A stretch of DNA of 64,000 bases from Parcubacteria group bacterium. GTDB lineage: Bacteria > Patescibacteriota > Minisyncoccia > Phycocordibacterales > Phycocordibacteraceae. This document shows, piece after piece, positions 39,136 through 48,663 of the stretch; the first letter of the stretch is position 1; each line of letters opens with the position of its first letter. The notes beneath the pieces were generated by a model. That model was not told where the DNA came from and did no database searches. It saw nothing but the letters and a program-made list of their open reading frames with translations. The translations under genes and the position numbers were made by a program. The stretch spans positions 191,720-255,719 of the forward strand of contig JAQBRE010000002.1 of assembly GCA_028286605.1 (NCBI GenBank), given 5' to 3'.

Positions 39136-39704
39136 ACAATCTTGCCGGGCAATCGGCAAGCGTGGATACAGTAGTGAAGTATCTCTCCACTAATGATCAG
39201 CCGATCATGGAGTGGGTAGGGGTGCTGTGCATTGGGTTTGCAGGAGGCAGACTCCTCAAGCCAAAGGTCAGGATGGGAATCGTGGTCGTGATCTCTGGAC
39301 TCATCACCGGATATATCGCGCTCATGACGAACTTCTTCTTGTGGTTCCATCGTGCACGGCCGTACACGGTGCTGACCGGGAATGATATACATCTCTTGAC
39401 CAAGGTAAGCGCCGCACAAGCATACACTTCGTTCCCTTCGGGGCATGCGATGTTCTTCTTCTCAATTGCAACTGCTGTGTTCCTCACGGACAAGTGCAAA
39501 TGCAAGAAGTTGGGCTGGCTCGCATATGCTGTTGCAACGGTGTTAAGTCTGAGCAAGCTCTACGTGGGAGCGCATTGGCCAAGCGATCTTATTGTCGGCG
39601 GCCTGCTCGGTTCTGCCATCGCATGGATCGTGTGGCGTATTGTGAAGTGCGTGTGCAAGCGGATACAGTCTCGAAAGACCGTTCCTGAAATAGTGAAAGT
39701 GTAG
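39108..39704 (+). CDS. PAP2-family phosphatase (undecaprenyl-diphosphatase-like)
   Basis: Has PAP2 motifs PSGHAMFFFSIATA and HWPSDLIVGG. Confidence 0.8.
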   Translation: MDEFFFHLVNNLAGQSASVDTVVKYLSTNDQPIMEWVGVLCIGFAGGRLLKPKVRMGIVVVISGLITGYIALMTNFFLWFHRARPYTVLTGNDIHLLTKVSAAQAYTSFPSGHAMFFFSIATAVFLTDKCKCKKLGWLAYAVATVLSLSKLYVGAHWPSDLIVGGLLGSAIAWIVWRIVKCVCKRIQSRKTVPEIVKV

Positions 39705-39740
39705 GAGTGCGTGTCAATCCGCGTTCTGCGGAACATGAGT

Positions 39741-39780
39741 AAGACGAACGGCGCGAGAAATCGCGCCGTTCGTCTTGTAT
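39741..39780 (+). terminator. Rho-independent terminator
   Basis: Perfect 16-bp hairpin AGACGAACGGCGCGA-gaaa-TCGCGCCGTTCGTCT followed by TGTATT. Confidence 0.55.
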
Positions 39781-39827
39781 TGCTTGGTACCGTACCCGTG
39801 CTGGCAATACGTTAAATGCACTGATTC

Positions 39828-40379
39828 TTATGCGGCGCTCCCTTTCACATACGCAAGCATCGTCTCTGCATCCGATACTTCGAAGGGGTCCTCGGGGTAA
39901 TCATCAGAGAGGCCGGGCTCAATAAAGAGTTTCTGTATGACGCCGTCTTTTACGAGCATGGAATAGCGCCAGCTACGATTACCGAACCCAAGATTCTCTT
40001 TCTTCACGAGCATGCCCATCTTTTCGGTGAACGCGCCGTTCCCGTCCGGAAGCATTTTTACGTTCTCAAGTCCGAGCTTGTCTGCCCACTGCTTCATGAC
40101 GAACGCGTCGTTCACTGAGAGACAATAGATCTCATCGATCCCGAGCGCTTTGAATTCATCGTACTTCGCTTCGTACCCCGGAGCATGCGTCGTAGAGCAG
40201 GTAGGTGTGAACGCGCCCGGAAGACCGAACACCACTACATTCTTTCCATCAAAAATCTCTGCGGACGGTACATCCTGCCAACGGTACGGGTTCTCACCGC
40301 CGATAGATTCATCGCGCACGCGAGTCTTGAAAACTGTTGCAGGAACACATTCTTCTTCTTTCAGGGGTTGGTGTGACAT
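39828..40379 (-). CDS. Peroxiredoxin, Prx5 subfamily, copy 2 (paralog of 36073..36624)
   Basis: Identical in length (183 aa) and almost identical in sequence to copy 1, with the same PGAFTPTCS motif. Confidence 0.9.
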   Translation of the reverse strand: MSHQPLKEEECVPATVFKTRVRDESIGGENPYRWQDVPSAEIFDGKNVVVFGLPGAFTPTCSTTHAPGYEAKYDEFKALGIDEIYCLSVNDAFVMKQWADKLGLENVKMLPDGNGAFTEKMGMLVKKENLGFGNRSWRYSMLVKDGVIQKLFIEPGLSDDYPEDPFEVSDAETMLAYVKGSAA

Positions 40380-40464
40380 GATGTTTTGTTAGTAGAAAAT
40401 CAGGCATACGATACCACGATCCGGTTGTAGCGTGAATGAAGTGTGCCGAGAGCTACGGCAACGA

Positions 40465-40968
40465 TTACGCCGATTCGCGTTTTCGAACGACCGCATATTC
40501 GCGATAGATGAAATACAGCACGACGAGGTCGAACGCTGTTATCGCAACAACAAGTATCGAGTGCAGGGTTACGATCTGATATATCTGATACAGAACGAAC
40601 AGTCCAAGCACGACGAGTGAAGCAGGATAGGCCCACAGCTTATTACGGAGCAGAGCGACGATAAGAAAAAGCTTTATGACGCCTCGACTGAGCAGATAGA
40701 ATGCTAAGAAAATCTCGAGCGACGTAGAGAATGAATGTGCAAGGTGCAGTATCTGGTTCGCGATGAAATCATTCGGTTCTTCCATGAGTTCGCCGCGCGT
40801 AAAGAACATCGCAAGCTGGTTCACGAGCGTAGGCCGTGCGAAGAGCATGAGTGCCCCCGCGATAATCTCTAGTATGGACACCGCTCCCTTAAGAAGGATG
40901 CCGATGCGGAAATATTCATATATATTCTTTTCAGTTTCCATACTTATAGAACTATACCTCTCCACCAT
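40465..40968 (-). CDS. Membrane protein, DUF2127-like, paralog A
   Basis: Has four TM helices. Shares the LLRNKLWAYP...VLYQIYQI motif with 52531..53112. Confidence 0.5.
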   Translation of the reverse strand: MVERYSSISMETEKNIYEYFRIGILLKGAVSILEIIAGALMLFARPTLVNQLAMFFTRGELMEEPNDFIANQILHLAHSFSTSLEIFLAFYLLSRGVIKLFLIVALLRNKLWAYPASLVVLGLFVLYQIYQIVTLHSILVVAITAFDLVVLYFIYREYAVVRKRESA

Positions 40969-41507
40969 ACGCTGCGTTCAATGGCAGGGCTTACATACTG
41001 TGCAACGAACCAGCCGCACGCGATACCAAGCACTGCGCCCGCAATGATGTCAGAAGGGTAATGTATCCCAGCGGCAACACGTGCAAGGACGACGAACGTG
41101 CTAAGAACGTAGAAGAGAACCCCAAGCTTCTTATTCATGAAATACACGCCCGTTGAGAACGCGAAGAAAAAGAGCGCGTGGCCGGAAGGGAAGGAAGGCG
41201 CGTGCTCCTGAATAAGCTGATGCACCTGATAACTAAGGAAGGGTCGAGGTCGCGGAAAGAAATAACGTATCGGGCTTCCGATACCGATACGAGCGATGAG
41301 CGCGCCAAGTAACACCGAGCTGAACGCAAAGAGCTTCTGCTTAATTGAGAGCAGCTGCTGCGAAAGCAGATACAGTGCGAAGCCAGCCACGAGCATGTAT
41401 GGCAGGTACGACGCGATCCCTACGATCACTGCATTGGTAAGCGGATTGTGCCCAGCAAGACTGTTGAGCGCAAAGAAAAGAGTTATGTCCCAGGATCCGA
41501 AATTCAT
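40944..41507 (-). CDS. PAP2-family phosphatase, second copy
   Basis: Has PSGHALFFFAFSTG and HYPSDIIAGA. Confidence 0.75.
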   Translation of the reverse strand: MNFGSWDITLFFALNSLAGHNPLTNAVIVGIASYLPYMLVAGFALYLLSQQLLSIKQKLFAFSSVLLGALIARIGIGSPIRYFFPRPRPFLSYQVHQLIQEHAPSFPSGHALFFFAFSTGVYFMNKKLGVLFYVLSTFVVLARVAAGIHYPSDIIAGAVLGIACGWFVAQYVSPAIERSVWWRGIVL

Positions 41508-42331
41508 TTTTTAATGATACCGGTATCTCGCTTCGTAATACTAAGATAGATCACCAGAACAAGAATAGCGGCAAGGAAGATAAAACTGGTCACTGTTGTA
41601 CCAAGCCCGAGGCCGCCACTGCTTATATCTTGAGAGAGATAATCGCCGATAGACGCTCCGAGCGGTCGCGTAAGAATATATGCGACCCAGAACGCAGCAA
41701 CGGCATTAGCAGATTCAGGCAGGTGTTTGGATTCATTCATGGCTTTTCCTGTGTAGTGGAATGTAGCGACGATGCCTATCAGTGCCGCAAAGATAAGAGC
41801 GGAAATAAGATATCCGAAGTTAAGTCCCTCAGCCATCCAGTCTCCTGCAGAAGTGCCGAGTGCGAATGTGAATAGGATTGCGAGCCAATAAAAGGCTTCA
41901 CGCTTCGTAGTAAAGATGGAGTGGATGGAAAGCGTATGCTCAACGCGATACCAGATCCAGAACACGGCGGCCAAGATGAGACTGAACACCAGTGTCGTAA
42001 CCGGAAGAGCTACGCCAAGATTATCGGTCAGATTATCCGTAATCTGCGTGCCGACGACGCTGATAAGCACCACGGAAAGCCAATAAATCCAGGGAACATA
42101 TTTTCGCGACCGGAACTGCATAAAAAGAACGACCGCAAGAACTGCGGCAGTAATGAGGGTCGTGATAGTAAGGCCAAGATTGACGGTAGATTGTAGGAAA
42201 TCGGAAGCAGTCTCGCCGACGGTCGTGCAAAGCACCTTGATAATCCAGAAATATACGGTAATTTCCGGTACTTTGCTTAGCATTTTCCCTACTTTATCAT
42301 TCTGAATAACAGGAGCTTCTGTTGGCGGCAT
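41504..42331 (-). CDS. Polytopic membrane protein with internal two-fold repeat (COG4705-like)
   Basis: Two halves each carry ...SDFL/GDYLSQ plus a TM bundle. Confidence 0.5.
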   Translation of the reverse strand: MPPTEAPVIQNDKVGKMLSKVPEITVYFWIIKVLCTTVGETASDFLQSTVNLGLTITTLITAAVLAVVLFMQFRSRKYVPWIYWLSVVLISVVGTQITDNLTDNLGVALPVTTLVFSLILAAVFWIWYRVEHTLSIHSIFTTKREAFYWLAILFTFALGTSAGDWMAEGLNFGYLISALIFAALIGIVATFHYTGKAMNESKHLPESANAVAAFWVAYILTRPLGASIGDYLSQDISSGGLGLGTTVTSFIFLAAILVLVIYLSITKRDTGIIKK

Positions 42332-42425
42332 GGATACGTGGCTATGAGTAAATAAATGGGCAGCAGCCCTCCCTCATAGTACGCGTTTCATGCCGTTTTA
42401 TTTCATATGGAATATACTCAGATGA

Positions 42426-43001
42426 ATGGACCCCTCAGACTCGACCGACGAAGCGCTTGCGCAGCGCCTGCAGGCAGGAGACGAAGAGTCACTCTCGCTT
42501 CTTATGCAGCGCTTCGAGCCGAAGCTGATGCGCTATGGCCGGCGCTTCCTTGAAGGGCAGCGCGAGGACGTGTTGCGCCAGGCCGTACAAGACATTTTCA
42601 TTTCTGCGTATCAGAATATCGAATCCTTCGACCCGCGTCAGAGATTCTCGCCCTGGATATATCGCATAGCGCATAACGCATTCGTTGATATCTTGCGGCG
42701 AAGAACGAAGCAGCCGCTCTATGGAATCGATTTCGACCAGCTGATTTCACATCCGATACATGAGGACTCATTCGCTGCAGAGAAAGAACAAGAGGAAATC
42801 CGCGTACTAGTAGAGAAGGGTCTTGGTGAACTCGCTCCTGCCCAGCGCGAAATAATAGTCCTATACTATTTCGAAGAGCTGAGCTACAAGGAAATAGCTG
42901 ATGTGCTTCATGTGCCGGTGAGCACCGTAGGAGTTCGGCTCGCTCGCGCACGCACGACCCTGAAGCGCACGCTGCCGAACTCCTCCGAACTACCCCTATG
43001 A
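42426..43001 (+). CDS. RNA polymerase sigma factor, ECF subfamily
   Basis: Region 2 reads FSPWIYRIAHNAFVDILRRR. The region 4 HTH reads LSYKEIADVLHVPVSTVGVRLARAR. Confidence 0.85.
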   Translation: MDPSDSTDEALAQRLQAGDEESLSLLMQRFEPKLMRYGRRFLEGQREDVLRQAVQDIFISAYQNIESFDPRQRFSPWIYRIAHNAFVDILRRRTKQPLYGIDFDQLISHPIHEDSFAAEKEQEEIRVLVEKGLGELAPAQREIIVLYYFEELSYKEIADVLHVPVSTVGVRLARARTTLKRTLPNSSELPL

Positions 43002-43723
43002 ACGAGAATAACCCAGATTCCATACAGCAGGCCGTACTCGACAAAGTTCGGGCAGGAACAGTACGTCGTCGTCCGCGCTGGCAATTCATCCTGCGCGTAG
43101 CAGGAACTATCGTGGTTATATCGCTGCTACTCGTTATCGCTGCCTTCCTCATAAGTTTCATCCTGTACAGCTTGAATGAAAGCGGCGAGCAATTCCTGCT
43201 CGGTTTCGGACTTCGCGGCATACAAGTATTCCTGACGCTGTTCCCGTGGCTATTCGGCCTCGTTGCGCTTGGCCTTATCGTGCTGCTCGAATGGCTCATT
43301 CGCGGATTCAGATTCGGCTACCGCATACCGCTTCTGAATATATTCCTAGGCGTTGTCGGCGTGAGCATCGTGCTCGGTATAGTAATAAGCGTTACGCCGC
43401 TTCACACGACCCTGCAAGGATTCGCCGCTAAGGACCAGCTTCCGATACTCGGGCAGCCCTATAAGCACGTCCTGGATCATCATGAAGATGAGGGACTTTC
43501 GCGCGGAAAAGTCATAACCGTTGGTGCGAATGAATTCATCATTCAGCACGATGATCACGACCGCGATACGGACGACGGGACCTTTTCCATACACGTAGCC
43601 CCTGATGCGTCTATCGTGCTTCCGCATGTCGGTGATGAAGTCCTCGTATTCGGCGAACCGGAACAAGGGTATATAGACGCTAGTAACGTACTAGTGCTAT
43701 CTCCGCTTTTACCGGTGAAATAA
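42998..43723 (+). CDS. Membrane protein downstream of the ECF sigma (putative anti-sigma factor)
   Basis: Overlaps the sigma-factor stop. Has multiple TM helices and a C-terminal soluble domain. No RsiW zinc motif was recognised. Confidence 0.45.
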   Translation: MNENNPDSIQQAVLDKVRAGTVRRRPRWQFILRVAGTIVVISLLLVIAAFLISFILYSLNESGEQFLLGFGLRGIQVFLTLFPWLFGLVALGLIVLLEWLIRGFRFGYRIPLLNIFLGVVGVSIVLGIVISVTPLHTTLQGFAAKDQLPILGQPYKHVLDHHEDEGLSRGKVITVGANEFIIQHDDHDRDTDDGTFSIHVAPDASIVLPHVGDEVLVFGEPEQGYIDASNVLVLSPLLPVK

Positions 43724-43769
43724 AAAGAGGCGAATGTGCGTACTAAGGCTATACACCCGAGAATAGTCT

Positions 43770-44285
43770 ATGAAAAAATTCCTCGCATCATTCATCTTTA
43801 TCGTCGGATTCATCGGGTACGCCGTGTATGCGAATAGTTCAGCTTCGAGTGCTAACGCACAGACCGTTACGGTATCTAATCCTTCCGCTAGCACGGCGGC
43901 CGATACGGCCGCCTCTGTACCAACGCAGACATCCGCAGGATCGGCACCGCCGACACAACCGGTAACGCCTGTGACGGTAGTGAAGAAGCCGGCCGCTGCG
44001 GCCGGCAAATATGCCGATGGCACCTACACTGGCATCGCCGCGGATGCGTACTACGGAAACATTCAGGTGAAAGCAACAATCTCCGGAGGAAAGCTTACAG
44101 ATGTGGCCTTCCTGCAATATCCCTCGGATCGAAATACATCCGTCTATATAAATCAGCAGGCGATGCCCGTGCTTCGTTCGGAAGCTATCCAAGCGCAGAG
44201 CGCGAATGTAAATGGGGTCTCCGGGGCATCAGATTCGAGCGCGGCATTCAAGCAGTCTCTTGCAAGCGCGCTTGCCAAGGCATAA
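43770..44285 (+). CDS. Secreted FMN-binding domain protein (NqrC/RnfG/PplA-like)
   Basis: Has a signal peptide, then KYADGTYTG...G.IQVKATISGGKLTDV (FMN_bind pattern) and VNGVSGASDSS. The latter fits the [ST]GA[ST] motif flavinylated by ApbE. Confidence 0.75.
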   Translation: MKKFLASFIFIVGFIGYAVYANSSASSANAQTVTVSNPSASTAADTAASVPTQTSAGSAPPTQPVTPVTVVKKPAAAAGKYADGTYTGIAADAYYGNIQVKATISGGKLTDVAFLQYPSDRNTSVYINQQAMPVLRSEAIQAQSANVNGVSGASDSSAAFKQSLASALAKA

Positions 44286-44287
44286 CT

Positions 44288-45034
44288 ATGAGACAGCAGC
44301 GAATTATCATGGGCATGCCCGTGCAACTTGAAATTACAGACGAACACGCACCGCTCGAGCTATACGAACGAGTATTCGATTATTTAAAAAGTATCGATAC
44401 ACGTTTCAGTACGTATATACAAGAGAGTGAAGTATCGAGAATCAATCGCCATGAACTGAAAGAAGCAGAGTACAGTGCTGAGATGCAGGAAGTGCTTTCG
44501 CTTTCAGAAGAAACGAAGAACCAGACCGGAGGATATTTCGATATACGTACTCCTGAAGGACTTCTTGATCCGTCAGGTCTCGTGAAAGGGTGGGCGATCA
44601 ATGCCGCGGCATCAATAGTTTCTGAAGCAGGATTCAAGGATTTCTACATTGAGATCGCCGGTGACATTCAGACGAACGGCATGAATGCTGAAGGGAAGGA
44701 GTGGAGTATCGGCATTCGTAATCCGCTTTCGCGCGACGAAGTGGTGAAAGTCCTGTATCCACGAGGCGCAGGAATCGCGACTTCCGGAACTTCTGAGCGC
44801 GGAAATCATATATACGATCCCCATGCGCCAGGCGTACATCCCGATTCGTATGCGAGCATAACGGTTATCGGACCGAACGTGTACGAAGCTGATCGCTTCG
44901 CCACCGCTGCGTTCGCCATGGGCGAATCGGGCATCCGTTTCATTGAGGCGCTGCCCGGCTTCGAGGCATATGCGATCAATCATAAAGGAATCGCGACCAT
45001 GACGAGCGGCTTCGATTCATACACGAACATATGA
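44288..45034 (+). CDS. apbE: FAD:protein FMN transferase ApbE
   Basis: ApbE family pattern: GGYFDIR...GLVKGWAI...IEIAGDI...ATSGTSERG. Confidence 0.85.
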   Translation: MRQQRIIMGMPVQLEITDEHAPLELYERVFDYLKSIDTRFSTYIQESEVSRINRHELKEAEYSAEMQEVLSLSEETKNQTGGYFDIRTPEGLLDPSGLVKGWAINAAASIVSEAGFKDFYIEIAGDIQTNGMNAEGKEWSIGIRNPLSRDEVVKVLYPRGAGIATSGTSERGNHIYDPHAPGVHPDSYASITVIGPNVYEADRFATAAFAMGESGIRFIEALPGFEAYAINHKGIATMTSGFDSYTNI

Positions 45035-46551
45035 TGCGCTTCATCGACTCATTGCTGAATAAAATAACGATGTATCGTGTCGTGTTGTATGAACTCCTGT
45101 TCCTGCTTGCTGCCGCTGCAGTGCTTGGTGTGTTTCATCTGATTCCGTACAGTCCTTTATATATAGGGTATTCAACGCTCGTTATTCTTGCGGTCTGTTG
45201 GATATCGAACAAAGCCTTCGCCTATTTCTTTGATGCTCCGAGCAATCCGGAATCTGCATATATCACTGCGTTCATTCTTGCGCTCATCATTGCGCCGCCA
45301 CAGGCATTCGGCGACGCACACTTTTTAATACTTGCAGGCTGGGCTTCTGCATGGGCGATGGCTTCTAAATATATCTTCGCAATACAGCGGAAACATCTCT
45401 TCAATCCCGCCGCCTTCGGCGTCGTGATGACTGCGCTTTTTTTGAATCAAGGCGCAACGTGGTGGGTGGGAACGTTATGGATGCTGCCATTCGTTGTGGT
45501 GGGAGGCTTCTTCGTTGCGCGAAAGATACGCCGGTTCGATATGGTGGTCACCTTCGGAATTGCGCTTGTCGCTACGATTCTAATTCTCGGTACCGGAGGC
45601 GGTTCGCTGCATGTCGTACAGCAGGCGCTCTTATATGCGCCCGCGGTATTCTTCGGCACCGTCATGCTGACAGAACCACTCACCGCCCCGACCGACCGGT
45701 ATTGGCGTATTCTCTTCGCGGTGCTCGTCGGCTTCTTGTTCGCTCCTGAAGTGCACATCGGTACGTTCTATCTAACGCCGGAGCTGGTGCTTCTAGCAGG
45801 AAATCTATTCGCATATGTAGTGAGTTCGAAACAGAAGCTCGTGCTTACGCTTAAGGAGCGCATTCCGATAGCGACAGATGCCTATGAGTTCGTTTTCTCA
45901 TCCGATCGTGCGCTTACCTTCAAGCCAGGCCAGTATCTTGAATGGACGCAGGCACATTCGCACAGCGACTCGCGCGGCATACGTCGTTACTTCACTATCG
46001 CTTCTTCGCCGACCGAGAAAGACTTACGTATCGGTGTTAAATTCTACAAGCCTTCAAGCAGTTACAAGAAGGCGTTGTTCGCACTGCGCCCAGGCGATAC
46101 CATCGTCGCCTCGCAGCTTGCGGGTGACTTCACTCTACCTAAAGACAAGAAGAAAAAGCTCGTATTCATTGCGGGCGGCATAGGTGTCACGCCATTCCGC
46201 AGCATGATCCAGTATCTTATAGACAAGAAAGAGCGGCGCGACATCACCCTCATATATTCAAATCGATCGCTGGAGGATACTGCGTATGTCGAGCTGCTTG
46301 GCCAAGCAGAAAGGGAACTGGGTATTGAAACGCTTCCTATATTCAATACGCCGCCTCCGAATGCAGCTCCGGGTGAATTCCCATCGCTCCTAACGCCTGA
46401 AGTGCTCGCCACGGAAGTACCTGATTATCGGGAACGGGAATTTTATCTGTCAGGACCGAACAGCATGGTCAACGCATTCAGCGATATGCTTGCTAGCATG
46501 GGCGTACCGAAGCGACACATCAAGAAGGATTTTTTCCCTGGCTTCGCGTAG
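45031..46551 (+). CDS. Membrane oxidoreductase: NqrB/RnfD-like polytopic domain fused to an FNR-type FAD/NAD(P)-binding domain (tentative)
   Basis: The N-terminal ~280 aa have multiple TMs and HLFNPAAFG. The C-terminal region has RRYFTIAS (RxY[ST] FAD motif), GGIGVTPF (NAD-binding) and a C-terminal aromatic. No 2Fe-2S Cys cluster was seen. Confidence 0.6.
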   Translation: MMRFIDSLLNKITMYRVVLYELLFLLAAAAVLGVFHLIPYSPLYIGYSTLVILAVCWISNKAFAYFFDAPSNPESAYITAFILALIIAPPQAFGDAHFLILAGWASAWAMASKYIFAIQRKHLFNPAAFGVVMTALFLNQGATWWVGTLWMLPFVVVGGFFVARKIRRFDMVVTFGIALVATILILGTGGGSLHVVQQALLYAPAVFFGTVMLTEPLTAPTDRYWRILFAVLVGFLFAPEVHIGTFYLTPELVLLAGNLFAYVVSSKQKLVLTLKERIPIATDAYEFVFSSDRALTFKPGQYLEWTQAHSHSDSRGIRRYFTIASSPTEKDLRIGVKFYKPSSSYKKALFALRPGDTIVASQLAGDFTLPKDKKKKLVFIAGGIGVTPFRSMIQYLIDKKERRDITLIYSNRSLEDTAYVELLGQAERELGIETLPIFNTPPPNAAPGEFPSLLTPEVLATEVPDYREREFYLSGPNSMVNAFSDMLASMGVPKRHIKKDFFPGFA

Positions 46552-46566
46552 CTGCGTTGCTCAAAG

Positions 46567-47700
46567 TTATCGAACGGATTCGTAACCGTTCTTCACGCCG
46601 TTCGGTGAGAGAACGAATTGATAGAGCTGCGTTGTGCGGCCCCGGACCGTCCCCGCACAACTGCCAAGATAGTACCGCCACATGCGGTAGAACCGATCAT
46701 TAAAACGTGCTTCAGTGCCTTTTATTTTTGGCCATGCGGCGACGAAGTTCGCATCCCATGCACAGAGCGTCTTGTCGTAATCCGTACCGAAGTTATGCAG
46801 GTCTTCGATGATAAAATTTCCGTTCACGGCGCTCGTGATTTCCTTCAGAGAGGGAATCCATCCTCCGGGGAAGATGTACCGCTCAATCCATGGCTCGGAA
46901 CCTCCATGGTCATTGCCGCCGATAGTGTGAAGCAGGAACAGGCCTTCAGGCTTTAGGAGCGGGGAAAGAACACGCATGTATTCTGCGTGGTTCTTCGGTC
47001 CTACGTGCTCGAACATACCGATCGAAACGATGTGATCGAAGTGTCCAGCCTTGAAGTGCTTCGGCAAATCACGGTAATCCATGAGACGCAGATCAACCGG
47101 CAATCCTTCACAGAGTTTCGTACCATGTACGAGCTGTTCTTCAGAAAGAGTAATGCCGACGACCGTAGCGCCATATTTTTCTGCTGCGAACTTCGCGAAT
47201 GAGCCGTAGCCGCAACCGACATCAAGAATTATCTGACCTGCGTTGAGTCCGATCTTCCGGCAGATTAGATCGAGTTTTGCTTCCTGTGCCTCGGCGAGCG
47301 TCGTTGCGTTTGCCCAGTATCCGCACGTATAGACCATTCTTGGATCAAGCATGTTCGCATAGAACTGAGCGGGAAGATCGTAGTGCTGTTTCGCAACCCG
47401 AACGGATCGCGTAATGCTCTGTTGATTCCATAGCTTTTGCGCGAATAAGAAAAGAGTGCCCGTAAGTCCGGAACTGCCTCTGTCTGCACCGGTGCGAAGC
47501 AGACGGTTGAAGAATTCGGGGAGGTCATCACAATCCCAATCACCATCCATATAGCTCTCGCCAAGGCCAAGCGAACCCTCTAGGGCTACGCGTGAATAGA
47601 TACGGTCGTTATGAATCTGGATATCGAACGGCCGGTCGCCGTTGATATCGATGCCTGCCTTTTCAAGAGGGGACGTAACCATCCGTTGCAGCATTTTCAT
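46567..47700 (-). CDS. cfa: Cyclopropane-fatty-acyl-phospholipid synthase
   Basis: Has the SAM-binding motif ILDVGCGYGSFAKFAAEKYGA and CFA-synthase-like N- and C-terminal regions. Confidence 0.9.
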   Translation of the reverse strand: MKMLQRMVTSPLEKAGIDINGDRPFDIQIHNDRIYSRVALEGSLGLGESYMDGDWDCDDLPEFFNRLLRTGADRGSSGLTGTLFLFAQKLWNQQSITRSVRVAKQHYDLPAQFYANMLDPRMVYTCGYWANATTLAEAQEAKLDLICRKIGLNAGQIILDVGCGYGSFAKFAAEKYGATVVGITLSEEQLVHGTKLCEGLPVDLRLMDYRDLPKHFKAGHFDHIVSIGMFEHVGPKNHAEYMRVLSPLLKPEGLFLLHTIGGNDHGGSEPWIERYIFPGGWIPSLKEITSAVNGNFIIEDLHNFGTDYDKTLCAWDANFVAAWPKIKGTEARFNDRFYRMWRYYLGSCAGTVRGRTTQLYQFVLSPNGVKNGYESVR

Positions 47701-47807
47701 AGTGATATCTATACCACTTTATTCTAAACTTACAATGAGGATATTCTCTTGGTGCAGCCACACATGATTCACCCCTTTCTAACTCAAAAGGTCTATACTT
47801 TATTCAT

Positions 47808-48569
47808 ATGGAACTACTTATCACCCTCGTCGCTATTATCGTCATCTTGGCCGGACTTTCATTACGTGTCGTGAAGGAATACGATCGCGGCGTCATCTTC
47901 TTTCTGGGGAAGGTAACCGGTGTGCGCGGCCCTGGGCTCATCATCCTTATTCCCATCCTTGAACGAATGACGAAGGTGACGCTCCGCACCATCACGATGA
48001 ACATCCCTTCGCAAAAGATAATCACGAAGGATAACGTCTCAATCGATATCGCTGCAGTGGCATACTTTCACATCGTTGATCCGACGAAGTCAGTCGTCGC
48101 TATCGAGAACGTATACGACGCAGTGAATCAGATCAGCCAGACGACGGTACGAAATGTCGTGGGGCAATTCCAGCTGGACCAGCTGCTTTCGCAGACGAGC
48201 GATATCAACACGCAGATCAAGGAAGTCATCGATACGCACACCGAACCCTGGGGCGTCGAAGTAACGGCAGTAGAAATTAAAGACATTACGCTTCCTGATA
48301 ACATGCAGCGCGCGATGGCGAAGGAGGCAGAAGCAGAACGCGAACGCCGTGCGAAGATCGTCGCTGCAGAAGGCGAATTCCAGGCAGCAGTAAAGCTGGG
48401 CGAGGCCGCAGACATCATGGCGCTTCATCCGGTTGCTCTTCAGCTTCGTACGCTTCAGACCATGGCAGAAATAAGCGTGGAGAAGAATTCAACCATTATC
48501 TTTCCCGCGCAATTCATGACCACCGTGCAGGAAGCGATGAAGATGATGGGTGCGGATGCGCACAAGTAA
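47808..48569 (+). CDS. SPFH/band-7 (stomatin/prohibitin-like) protein
   Basis: Has an N-terminal TM, then [12 protein letters not shown]...[30 protein letters not shown], and a coiled-coil Ala/Glu-rich C-terminus. Confidence 0.85.
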   Translation: MELLITLVAIIVILAGLSLRVVKEYDRGVIFFLGKVTGVRGPGLIILIPILERMTKVTLRTITMNIPSQKIITKDNVSIDIAAVAYFHIVDPTKSVVAIENVYDAVNQISQTTVRNVVGQFQLDQLLSQTSDINTQIKEVIDTHTEPWGVEVTAVEIKDITLPDNMQRAMAKEAEAERERRAKIVAAEGEFQAAVKLGEAADIMALHPVALQLRTLQTMAEISVEKNSTIIFPAQFMTTVQEAMKMMGADAHK

Positions 48570-48589
48570 AGATAAAGCAAAGCAAAACA

Positions 48590-48624
48590 AAAGAGGGATG
48601 CGCGAAGCGCATCCCTCTTTTGTT
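48590..48624. terminator. Bidirectional rho-independent terminator
   Basis: Hairpin AAGAGGGATGCGCG-aa-GCGCATCCCTCTT flanked by an A-run and a T-run. Confidence 0.6.
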
Positions 48625-48663
48625 ACTCGTCGTGCCCGCTGCCTTACCAGCGCTCTCTTTAAA

